Assembly: GCF_002571385.2 (NCBI RefSeq)
Contig: NW_019217832.1
Coordinates: 844,122-908,121 of the forward strand
Reading direction: 5' to 3'
Source of the DNA: Stylophora pistillata
Lineage: Eukaryota
Length of the DNA stretch: 64,000 bases
Shown here in pieces: positions 50,874 to 62,691 of the stretch. Below the pieces are notes generated by a model that saw only the letters and a list, made by a program, of their open reading frames with translations, did no database searches and was not told where the DNA came from. The position numbers and the translations under genes are program-made. How positions within the stretch are numbered: position 1 is the stretch's first letter; each line of letters starts with the position of its first letter.

Positions 50874-53800
50874 TCATCTCCTGGGAGGAGGGGGTGGGGG
50901 TGGTGGTGCTCCCCTTGATGGGGGAGGAGGGGGTGGATTGGCTTTTACTGTACTTGGGTTTCCTGAAGACTTTGTACCACCTGAAAACAACAGTAACATT
51001 TCAGTCAAGTTTGAGATAGATACTATTTGAATTTGTTGATGCCAGATCAATTAATTCTGGATTGGCAATACATATGAACTCAGTTTTCAATTATCTGCCA
51101 ATTAAAATGTTTCCTTTTCCAGATGCCCAATTTTGTTTAAACATTTTGGGATTATCTTTCTTTATATCTATGGTTACTGTCCCAATGTAACAGCCTTGTC
51201 CCTATCTTCTTTGGGGAAAGAAGCTTTCGCCTACATGATGCAGTACTACTGCCAGTGAGATCCTAAAAAAAGTCATGCACACATATCTGCTGTTCCTTTT
51301 CTTCAGCAGCCCTTATGTCCATATGGGATATCTTTATAATTCTGTTGGTAGTTAAAAATGAAGCCGTTGTAATCAAGATCACTTTCGCAAGTTTTAACTG
51401 CATTTTATCAATACTTACCACTTTTCTTTGGATTTTTACTTGGATATGATTTTGGTGTTTCTACATAAGGCTCAGGAGGGGGAAGATCTGTACTAAAAGA
51501 AAATCTTGCTTCAAAATCATCTGGAATAGAACCAAAGCAAATGAACTTTAGTGCATTTATCAATCAATCAATGCTGTGGAACCATGTTTACTGAGGTGCA
51601 AAGCGAGGTGGATGACTCTTAGTGTGTACAACACAGAAGAGTCATCCACGAAGAAGTTTATTTCATTCAATATACCCCAAAATTTGATTGGATATTAAAC
51701 TCATGGTACGCAATTTTGAATCATTGGCTGCTCTGAGGTGAATTGTACTTGCTATTTACCTCTGACCTAGGCTACCAGCGCTTGTGAAAAGCACTATTCA
51801 CTTGTGTGGTGAACACTAATAAACATTATAGTTCTCAGTCACGAAGCGCATACCTTGCTCTCCTGTGCCATTCAACCCTACTAATCAGTCAATAAGTACG
51901 AAAGATAAAAATTAAGCTATTTAATTACCTTCTGGGTCTGACATTAACTCTGGGGGAGGAGGGGGTAGTGAGTTTCTTGTTGGTCCATTCATCATCATGT
52001 TATTTAACCTGCCAGTTGAAGAGTGTGGCGGTGGGGGTGGAAGACCTGACCTCTTGGTTTCAAGTGGAACCCTTGCTGGAGGTGGAGGTGGGGGTCCTTG
52101 CCCACCTGAAGGAGGTGGTGGTGGCAATGGGGCTGATCCTCGAGGTGTGGTAGGCCCAGAACTTGGCCTTGATGGAAATTTACTGGGAGGTGGAGGAGGA
52201 GGAGCTTGAGATGGTGGTCTTGAAGAGGGTGGAGGAGGTCCTCGGCTTGGAGGTGGGGGTGGTGGCCCCCCTCTTGATGGAGGTGGTGGCGGAGGACCCC
52301 CTCTTGGGGGTGGAGGTTGGGGAGCGGCCATACTAGGATTACTCCTTGTGGGAGGTGGTGGAGGGGGAGCACTTGTTCTTGGAGCTGATGATGATGGTGG
52401 GGGTGGTGGTGGTGCACCTCCTCTTCCTGGTGGAGGGGGTGGGGGACCTTGTCTCATTCCGGGAGGTTGTCTGGGTGGACCTGCTGGAGGAGGAGTTGGC
52501 AATGGTCTTGAACTTGTTCCTGATGGGGGTGGTGGCAATGGCCTGGAGTTTTCAGACACTGATGGCTTATTAAATTGAGGTGGGGGTGGTGGGGCAAACA
52601 CAGGTGGCTTACTGGGTGGACCTGGAGCACCTGGTAGATTAGGGAGAGGTCTTGCACCACCACTGGGCGTAGGAGGCAGCGGTGGGCTGGAATTGTTTGG
52701 CGATGGTGGTTTGAAGCCAGGTGGTCGCATGGCTGGGCCTTTGGCTCCTACACACAACAAAAATATATTTATTGTCAGTAGAAAAAGCAGAAAACAAATT
52801 TAATTATCATTCACCAGAGTGGAGGAGAATATATCCTAGTATTATCCAACTACGCTCCGTAGAGTATAAATGTTGTACAAGACAAGTACATATATCATGC
52901 AGCATCTGTACTCCAGAGAACTGGTTAGACAGGTTTTCCCATGTCAAACAACTGATGCATTGGATTGAAGTTACAAAAAAAATGGCAGACAATTTAAATA
53001 GTTTTTCTGATGACAGTGTCTGAATGGCTGGCAAATATTGCCCCAAGTTTACATGTCGAAGATATATTGAACAAAGAAATGCAGTCAGATGACAATGAAA
53101 TTTCATCATTTATTGAAGAAAAGAGAAACAGCAATATGAAAACATGCCAATTCCATTGCACTTTGTGTACTTCTGTCACACACTCCCAATAATAAATATC
53201 CGTGGAATTTGCCCACACTGAAATAACAATTTGGCACGTTGGATAATAAATAACTTATTAGACATTTTGGTGTGTCATATTGCTGAGTATTTTTACACAG
53301 TATTTGTATTTTGAGGGGCTCATCAAAATATGGCCCAACTTGTAAAAATACTCAGCAATACTACACTAAAAACCATTTAATAAGATATATTTATCACTGA
53401 CACTGAGGTGACTAATATCTATAGTATGTCCCTCCAACAAACACATAAATTTGTTCACTACTCTGAATACAGTTAAACCTGTATTAAATGTTCACCCACC
53501 ACAAATGCTGGTTCAACAGAATAGGGTTCAACATCAACAAACAAACAAACAAACAAACAAACAAACAGAAAAACAGAACAATAAAGTAGAATTGCTGTGC
53601 AAACTGTTAATAAACAATCGGACTTCTAGGTCATTCACTAGCAAATGAAAAGTTGTTACTGAACTGATGCACTGCAACATAGAATCTACTTTAATTTGTC
53701 AATAGAATAAGAAAGATGGAGTTTGTTTAGATCAGTAAAGAAATAGAGAAAGATGTTTTTCATCTTGTCACCAGTGTGAGACAAAGAGAAAATTCTGAAT

Positions 53801-56576
53801 CCCTAGGTTTGATACCTCGTGGGGAATCAGAATTTTTTCCTTGTTCCACCCTTGTGACAAGATGAAAAATATTTTTCTCCATGGAATCTACTTGTTAAAT
53901 TGAATGAAGTGGAAACTAAGTTGGCAGGTTTCCTTCAATGTATGGTGCATGCCTATCAACACATCTGGCTTTATCAAGTTTAAGAATACTTTGTAATGTC
54001 CAAAGCTGTCAATTAGAGCTGGCAGGGTGAGGTAAAGTCTGTTTAATACGAGCCAAGTGGCCCATCAGACCAGTGCTTAACTCCAGTTTCCATACCATGA
54101 AGTGACTAAGAGAATTTCTACTCCCCCCTGGATAGGATGCTAGTCCATCACAGGGTTACCCCCCAAGATCAAATTTGCCAGTACCCATTTAAACACCTGG
54201 ATAAAGAGAGGCACTGTGAGAGTATATTTTCTTGCCTAAGAACCCAACACGATGTCCCCAGCCAAGGCTCAAACCCAGACCACTCAATCTGGAGCCAAGG
54301 GCATTAAACATAAGGCCAGTGCACCTCCCAATAAAAGCTGGTGTCCAGCTAAAACTTTCAATCACAAAGAATGTCTAATATGATACCTCCTGTTCCGGGT
54401 CTGCCTCTATCTGCAGCTGATCTCAATTTCGGCATTCCTCCAGCAAAAAGACCACCTAGTCCCATAGGAGATGCACCCATGCCACCTCCACCTCCACCGC
54501 CACTGTTGCCTCCCCTACCTCCACCGCCACTACTTGGACTTGGTTTATCTTGAAGAAAAGTTCATCAAGTAAAGGTCAGTGTGCCATGTTTTTTTTTTAT
54601 GCAGTGCATCCACAGGTTTGAATAACAAAAAAAAAAAAGGCAGTTGCTGATGATTGGAACTATTTTAACTCCAAATAACACTTTAACTCCCAAGATCTGC
54701 TTGTTAATTCTCCCCTCAAGCTGCTATAGAATTTTTTGTAAAGTAGTTATGAGAATTTGGTGTTAAATCAAAAAAGCAACTTCTACATGGTAATTTGGAT
54801 ATATCAACAAAGTTGAAATGGTAAATTGGCCACCGTAATAATTACAAAAGCTGACGTTTCGAGCGTTAGCCCTTCGTCGGAGCGAATGACGAAGGGCTAA
54901 CGCTCGAAACGTCAGCTTTTGTAATCATTACGGTGGCCAATTTACCATTTCAACTTTGTTGATATATCCAAATTATTTCGTTACTCCCACCGACGCAGCC
55001 CCAAACAGTTTCTTTCGAAACTATCAGCCTTTCTACATGGTAAGTTTGAGTATTCTCTCCTGTTTGCTTAAGTATCTATGGATGCTATGGGAAGAAGTTA
55101 CATGCTAATCACTACTGGGAGTAAAAAGGGTTAAGACATTAACAATTACATATTTTTCCTCATAATTTATGGCGCAAATACAGAAGAACCCTGCTAACAC
55201 AAACTCCCAAGAAAAACAAAAAATGGTTTGAATTGGCAGGGGTTCAAGTAGCTGATGATAAATGACTAAAAATGGGGTCAAGGGAAATCAGATGTTGTTC
55301 AAGTTACCAGGGGGTTTGAGTAAACAGAGTCCAACTTAGTGGGGTTCTACTGTTTCACAATATAATCAAAAATAATTTTCACCATTATTTCTACCCAGTT
55401 TTTAAGCAATAAATGCTTTGTGCATCTGGAAAAATAAATCTCTGTTACTTAGGGTCACAATCAGTCAAATAAAGCTGTTTTTGACTTTGGTGAACAAATG
55501 AAAGTTAAATTGTTTTTTGTTTCTGTCTTTGTTTGATTTGAATACTTTTGCTTTCTAAGTGCTCTTCTGCATGGCTTAAAATTAGATCATAACTGGAACC
55601 TCTCATTTCTAAGTCCAACTAGGAAACCATTTGATTTGAATAGTTTCGCTTTCTAAGTGTTCTTCTGCATGGCTAAAAATCAGATCATAACTGGAACCTC
55701 TCAGAAAAACAGTAGGGACCCAAATAAATAAACAATAAATACAGATGTGCATGTGTACTCTACGAACAATTTCCATAGTATAGGTTATGGATCTTTGGTT
55801 TTTGCTATTTGATTTATTGCCTGAGCACTTTGTAACTCAAGTCATTGTTCAACTTTAAGCCACTTTATGATATTAGTGCAACAGAATTTACAAAATATGC
55901 TGCAGTATTACATTGTAAAACAATGGCAAAATTATGAGCAGAAAATGGAGCAACAAAATGGCACTCTGTATGATCCCAACTTTTTTTTTATTTTTTTATC
56001 CAGTTTTGGGCTTGACTTTAAAAGCAACAAACTATTAAGCTCATCATGTTTTGTTTGTTATTCACGAAAAGCACATCAATGGTTTCACTTGTGTTGTTTT
56101 TGTCTTTCACCCAGGCCATATATTTGATCAATACTGTGGATCTAAAAAACTGGAAGCAAAAATGCTTGAAATGCTTGAAAATGAAATAACACTGGTCAGG
56201 AATACTAAATACCTTATTCAATGGTTTAACATATCATAAGAGCAGAAATTTCCATAAACCATCAAATAAGGCATATGTACGGACCTAAAACTCAATTCGT
56301 AAGAAGTATCTCTTATAAACTGTTAAATGCAACCTTTTTTTTTTTTTTCAAGAACTCACATTAAAAAATTCCTTAGATTTGTTTTAGCAACTTACTTGAT
56401 ACAGTAGGGGCACTACGATCATTTGTGACTGTCTTCTTCAGCTTAGCACCTTGATGTATCTGGCTGAGCAGGGCCCCCCTGTTCTGAGACTTTCCAGAAG
56501 ATTTAGGGGGTGGAGCAGAAGCTCTGGGTGCAGGGGGAGGTGGTGGTCCAGGAGGGGGAGGAGGGGGTGGAGGCAT
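50874..56576 (-). CDS. WIPF: WASP-interacting protein / verprolin family, 5 coding exons
   Basis: Exons 56576-56396 (polyPro + WH2 [25 protein letters not shown]), 54548-54387 ([15 protein letters not shown]), 52747-51929 (Pro-rich), 51520-51419 (WASP-binding [29 protein letters not shown]), 50980-50874. All junctions phase 1. Confidence 0.95.
53746..53879. repeat. Imperfect ~55-bp-arm palindrome
   Basis: GAGAAAGATGTTTTTCATCTTGTCAC..AAATTCTGA / TCAGAATTT..GTGACAAGATGAAAAATATTTTTCTC. Confidence 0.7.
54030..54330 (-). mobile_element. tRNA-SINE family C (Nin/Deu-domain-like); related pieces at ~18030-18215, ~36560-36830, ~48050-48250
   Basis: Degenerate A/B boxes and body CACAGTGCCTCTCT..CCAGGTG..AAATGGGTACTGGCAAA..GGGTAACCCTGTGATGGACTAGCATCC recurring in the window. 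Confidence 0.65.
54794..55030 (+). mobile_element. Short hammerhead-bearing retroelement with near-perfect inverted arms, inserted in a TTAA-ended MITE
   Basis: ~85-bp palindromic arms; complete hammerhead on the minus strand at 54850-54883; 13-bp TSD TTCTACATGGTAA (54781-54793 / 55031-55043). Confidence 0.88.
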
Positions 56577-56999
56577 TTTTCCCTTGATTCACTTTACTCC
56601 CCCAGTTACAAAGTTCTTTAATATCTGCAAGGAAAAAGAATATTAAATATTTTTGTTGTGTCTGATTGGTTGATAAAGTGGCACTAATTTTCTGGACCAA
56701 TCGAAGAACACAGTAAAACAAAATCAAAGCAATCCTGGTATAAAAATTCCAATACTGAAAAAAGACATTACTATTGTGTAGAAAATATGTATAAACTTCT
56801 TAAAATTACCAGAACATTCGGCTTAAATAAAAACTCCAAAAACTTCTTAAAATACTAAACTCAGGGATAACAAATTTGCATGAACAAAAACTAAAAAAAC
56901 AATGACCAAAAACTAACTCCATAGAAAAACAAAACAACAAAGATATGCACGAAATGTCCACGTCAGTTTCCAATGTCAAGGTTGAAGCTGATTGGTTAA

Positions 57000-57723
57000 G
57001 GCCTGGTTCAAACGTTGAATTTCACATGTGCCGAACTTAATGCGAGAGTTAAATGCATGTAAAGTGCGATGTTTGAATCAATTAAATTCAACTGTTTTAA
57101 ATCAAAAGCAACTTTCACTGTATCTGTTGACTCAAATGTCACATCTCACATGTGCCGAACTTAATGCATGAATTATAGGAAATTATTATGATTCATTTAT
57201 TACCCACAAACAGCCAGGAATTCTGTTAATGCCATGTGCAAAAAAGCCAAAACAGCACAAAAAAAATGGTGGGAGACGAATGCGTAGTTCTTGCTTTGCA
57301 AAGACAATATAGTTGTTTGAGGTGCGATAATTACTTTTGTACGAGGTGTTCGGTTTTTGAAAAGGAAGAGGGCACTCCTGGGTGGAAAGTAGGAAAATCT
57401 GTGGCATATTGCAATTCTTGTTTCAATGAAATGATGGAATGTGAATCAAGTCAGAGTATCATGACAAAAAGCCAAGATGATGAAGCAAAAACAAACAGCA
57501 AAACAAAAGCATCAGTTTCATAATTAAGCAAACACTCAATAGATGTCTTTGTCACGGTCTAGCAAATATGCGGTGCACCCGGAAACATTGACAGCGAACA
57601 GAGTTAAATTCGACAGAGTTAAATTTGACGTTTGAATCAAATGCTGTATTTAAATAACTATTTTAGTCAACTAAAATAGGAGTTAAGTTCAGTACATGTG
57701 AAATTTGACATTTGAACTGGGCC
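57000..57723. mobile_element. PIF/Harbinger-like non-autonomous element, same family
   Basis: ~35-bp TIRs GGCCTGGTTCAAACGTTGAATTTCACATGTG / CATGTGAAATTTGACATTTGAACTGGGCC; flanks TAA/CAA. Confidence 0.75.
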
Positions 57724-60501
57724 CAACTTGTTAAATCATGCTGCCTCACATTGAAATAAAAATAATACAAAGAGAGGAGAGAGGAAGAGGAAAATTGAAG
57801 TTTGAAATTTAAAAAACAAAAAAGATATTCCACAACTGGATTACTTACAACACACAAATGAAAACTGAGTGTTATATTTACAAGAGGCCTCAGGCACTAA
57901 CGTTGACAAACAGTGGTTTTAGCATAATATAAAATAAGACAATGCTCTGCTCAACAACAGAGATGTTAACTACAGGTCCCTCATTTCTAAGTCCAACTAG
58001 GAAACCATTTGATGAAACTTCCCCCCACAAGCTCATTCAAAGGCATTACTTTGTTAACAACATATATTGTCAATAACATGAAACACCCAGTCTGTTTCCC
58101 TTTTCAGGCATAGCTATGTTTATTATCACCAATACTTCTAATTTTTATTCAATTATATAAAAATGAGCCAAATCTAGTATTTTAATCTCAAAGATCTCTT
58201 ATAAACTTTTAGCTGATCAGATACGCTAAATGCAATTTGCAATACACCATTATTGATAATTAACTCTAGTTGAAACAAAACATTACTTAATCTTAAGCAT
58301 CTTTTAGTTGCTAGACGTAAATAATTATTATTGCAAAAATTGTTTTATTATAAGGCAAAATGCAACTTAAAAGTATAAATTCTCGTTAATATTTCACTAT
58401 TTTTGGCACGATACCAATTTATAACTGAAGCCACACGAAGGTTAAGGGCTAGGGATAGTGGAAAAAATTCGCACTTTTGGATTCTTAGAAAGGACACACG
58501 CTAAAGCCTGTTGTTTAAGCTCTTAAAAACGCAAAGAAACGACAGGTTATCAGATTTGTCTCCATATCCTACGCACTTTTACACGTAACTTAGGCGACAT
58601 TAAGATATCTCGGGACTGATACTTGCATACATGTAGAAAGAATTTTTCATCATGAATCAAATCCTCTTTGTTTAACAAGATTGCCGGACATCAAAAGGCG
58701 CAAAGCATTGACTTTCGCCACTGATAATTGCAATCTGATGGAATATCACGATGAAACTTAACAGAAAAATTGTGATGGACATATTTTCGATACAAATATT
58801 GCTCGACTCGCATTATTACTTCCGCTAAGGGTTTCGATCTCGCGCAAAACATTCTGTTAGGTGGTACTCAAACATTCGATACTCTCTCTCTTCGACGCAT
58901 TCGGATAAAGGAAACGAAATATAGCACTAAAAATTTACTCACATGAAATTAAACAAATGACACGTTCCAATTGACGCTGGACAAACACTCCGAAAGTTAG
59001 CCAAATTTGAAATCAACTATTTCCTCGATGAGGAATGTCAGAATTAATCGACGTTAAAAAAATGTTCAATTCCTGGTGTGCTACTTAAAGGCTACGACGC
59101 TTCTGTGCATATAATTCTCAAATGAGTAAACTGCTCGTAACAATAGAACCTATCAGTAGCAAAAATCGTAGAACTACAAGTTGCAAGTGCGGGAATTCGA
59201 AGTCAACTGGTTGCATACAAAGATTAAAACTACATAATTACATGTAGCCATTTGATCGTGTTCTAATTGAAGGAAACATTCATCAGAGTTCATTCACGAA
59301 GAAGCGAGCCTCATCGTTTCAGGATTCAGTACTATACTGAAAATCTAATAACTTAAAGTGATAGCATTTATCTCCATGATTGTGTAAGTTCTTGCAAAGG
59401 GATGCCTTCGGAAACGTGCAAGTCCATGCATGGTTTCGCGCCTCCGAAAAATCAAGCTACCGCGGAAGTCTTACCTTAAAAGTCAATGTATGTGGTCTAA
59501 AATGTCCATTATTTCCCAAAATATTCTTAAACTGCTTCTCGGAAATCCACGATCTTAAAAAGTTCCAAAAAATATAATCGGTTGCCGGTTTACCAAAATG
59601 GCCGTAGAAATAGTAAGGCTCATGTCTCATGTCGTCACCACCCCCTGTTCATGACGTATTTCCTCATATCCAGTCCTACGCGCGCAATAACTTTTCCACA
59701 TATGATTTGCATTTGTCGACAACGGAAGTCTTGATTTTTATTACCACAAAAGTACGAGATACAACGTTAGCTGTTTTATCTTCATGAAAATTTGTTTAAA
59801 ATGGTTAAATGTAAATGAAATTCCGTAAGACAGTGCGTTGGCCAAATTTCATATGGGAGGGCTTGAATTTAAGCACGGACTTGACGCGCGCTAGCTATTA
59901 TCTATCTGTGACCAAGCTAACATCACAACAGAAAGTGTTTTTTTCTTCTTCCGCTTTCGGTCTGAGATATTTTGAGACGATTATTTCAGAGGCTACCCGG
60001 AAAATTGTTCGTTTTCCTGAATTTTTGGTAACCGCAGTGGGGAAAAAAATTGATATATCCTGTCAGCGGTCCCACATTCTGTTTGGATAAAGAGAAACCC
60101 AAACAATAAATCTACCTTTCAGTAATATTTAGGGGCTGATTCAAAATAAGTGAGAACTAGGTGGTTAATTCTGCCCTGGCTACTGCGCAATTAAACATTT
60201 TTTAGCAAAGAACTTGTTGATGTTTTGCAATAAACATGGATTAAGATCACCACAAGATGGCTTGTACAAAAAGCGAATTTTCAACTCCACAAATTCTAAC
60301 AATTCTCAATGTTTTTGGTAAGAGCGTGTGCTAAATTTCCATGACAGGGTAGGGTAGGGTAGTGGCGGAGGGAGGGGTAGGGTAGGTATTGGCAGGGGGA
60401 GGGAGAGGAATAGTAGTACTTGTAGAAAAACTAAGGCTGGTGTGAGCCATCTCTTTTAATGCTCTGCGCTACTTATTTCGCACATAACTTTATTTTGACC
60501 G

Positions 60502-61056
60502 AAGAAATAAAGGGGGTAGGTTTATAAATAAAATTGTGGTGCTACGTCGGTGAGAGTAACAAGGTGATTGGGGTTTTATCAACTGAATCGATAATGTAAA
60601 CTGGACACCGCAAGGAGTTTTAAAAGCTCGCGTTTCGAGCATTAGCCCTTCGTCATTCGCTCTGACGGTTAGCTCAATTGGTTAGAGCTCCGGGTTGTGT
60701 TGTGCGGGAGATCGAGGGTTCAAGCCCCGGCCGGGACCAATACTCGTGGTCTTAAAATAACTGAGGAGAATTTGCTACCTTTCTATAATATCAAGAAATG
60801 GATAGAGGTGCTAGTCTTCTCGGATAAGGACGAATAAACCGTGGGCCCTGTCTCTTGTAGGTTTAGGGGTAGGAGACGTTAATTTCCCACGCACGAGATT
60901 ACAGTGTGGTGGATGTCCTTCCCTGGGAGTGGGATGGGTGGGGAAGATAGCAGGTCCAGCAAATTGCTGCCATAAACCCAACCTACTCAAACAAATAAAG
61001 ATGAAAGAAAGAAAGAATTATCAACTCAGTTGATAAAACCTCAATTATTTTACCTG
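60502..61056 (-). mobile_element. Hammerhead-family element interrupted by a tRNA-SINE
   Basis: Arm and tail like the 26.6 kb copy; SINE begins right after CTCTGACG; arm resumes ~61018; 11-bp TSD TATTTTG(A/G)CCG. Confidence 0.7.
60667..61017 (+). mobile_element. tRNA-derived SINE, family A, copy 3
   Basis: Same head and body; (GAAA)n tail. Confidence 0.8.
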
Positions 61057-61278
61057 TATTTTGGCCGGTTTACTTCGATTTCCCCGAATCATTTCCTTGA
61101 AATTCCCTTGAGAAAAAAGATGAGAAAATTGGAATTCAGCTGACATTCGTAGTCATACTGAAAATGTCTTTTTCACTTGGCCATCTGTCAGTATGCGAAC
61201 TGAAAATCCAAGAAACGAATTTTTTTTTTTTTCAATTTCATATATAATACGTTGCTTCTGCGATGTCCCTGCGACAAA

Positions 61279-61550
61279 ATAATAATAATAATAATAATAA
61301 AAGATTTAAACCGTGCCCGTATCCTACTGTTCAAAGGCGCCTACAAAAACTTTAACATTAACACTTAGACAGCTAATATTAATTATAAAAGGCTGTTCTA
61401 AAAAGAAGAGTTTTTAATCTACTTTTAAAAACAGACACAGACTGAGCATTTCTAATTTCACATGGCAAAGCATTCCATAATGATGGTGCTGCTACAGAGA
61501 AAGATCTCGCGCCATATGTTTTCAAGTTATAGGATGGAGAAACCAGAATA
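61279..61550 (-). mobile_element. L2-type LINE 3' remnant
   Basis: Minus strand LKTYGARSFSVAAPSLWNALPCEIRNAQSVSVFKSRLKTLLF; (TAT)n tail. Confidence 0.75.
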
Positions 61551-62691
61551 CCTCATAAAACAGACCTTATAAAACAGAGCGCATTCTAGCTCAACCATAC
61601 GCAACAGCCAATGAAAAGAAGAGAAAACTCAATAGAGTTGAATAGAACTCACCCTTAAAACAAGAGAACTGTCTCGGGAGCAGAAAACCTGAGTTATCAG
61701 GTCGCTGATGGATTTAGTTTTGAACCCGATTAGAGTGGTTTGCACAAGTTTTCTGGACTCAAAGAGCGAAGTATAATAAAACACGTAAAAAAAATTTCTA
61801 TTAAATGAACCAAGGAAAATGCGTCATTGGGTCTAGCTCCCAGACCTTATAAACCATTAGGAGACGCTGTCAAATGTGCCTCGCATGCAGGCACATGAAA
61901 AGTTATATGCATGCGCCATTTCACGTACCTCAGTGTGCGCAAACTCTGGTTTGGCATGAAAACATATCATGCATGATGCATTATGAAGTGAGTGAAGTTC
62001 CAGGAAATAAGTGCAATCCCATACAGTATTAAAATTTTTCGTTAGTTAATCTCTGCGGATTGCTTCTCATCCGCTTAATAGGTACCGGCAAATTACAAAG
62101 CCCTACGCAATAACCAAGTTGAATCCAATTAAAGAAACCCAGCGGTCATAATCATTACTCCTAGACTCAGACTAAAAGACAATTTGACAAAAGTCGATTT
62201 TATTAAGATGGAACACTAGCTATGCAATCAATTCAATGATTGACACAGTTCCAGCAATGCGAGTGAAAAGAATTCATAATAAACGAACCAATCAGCTCAA
62301 CCTATTGCCTGGATCTGTACAACTAGAACTGCATTCTGTGCACAGAGGCCTGATACTATTGCATAACCCTGACCTTAATTTAGTCTAATCGCAATTTTTA
62401 CAAGGTGCATGCTATGCTAGCCTGCAAAATAAAAAACGGACCTTTTTTCGGCTGTTTAAGCTGGTGTTTAACTATAATCATCAAATCAGCTGCCTTTGCA
62501 AGCCAGCATTCGCTCTGATTTGCCAGAAAATGCATTTGATCCATAACAGTACACAGAGACTACAGTTCAGAGATCAAACAGTCATGTACATCCAGAGCAT
62601 TATGAACTATTGCTTAACATAAATGTTTCCTGATAGACAAGTTGCACAATAAGTGAACCAAAGCTCAGCAAATAATTTCCCATCCATTCAT

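Noticed and set aside
51968-52663. Gly-rich and His-rich ORFs
   Set aside because: Antisense and alternate-frame shadows of the WIP proline-rich exon.
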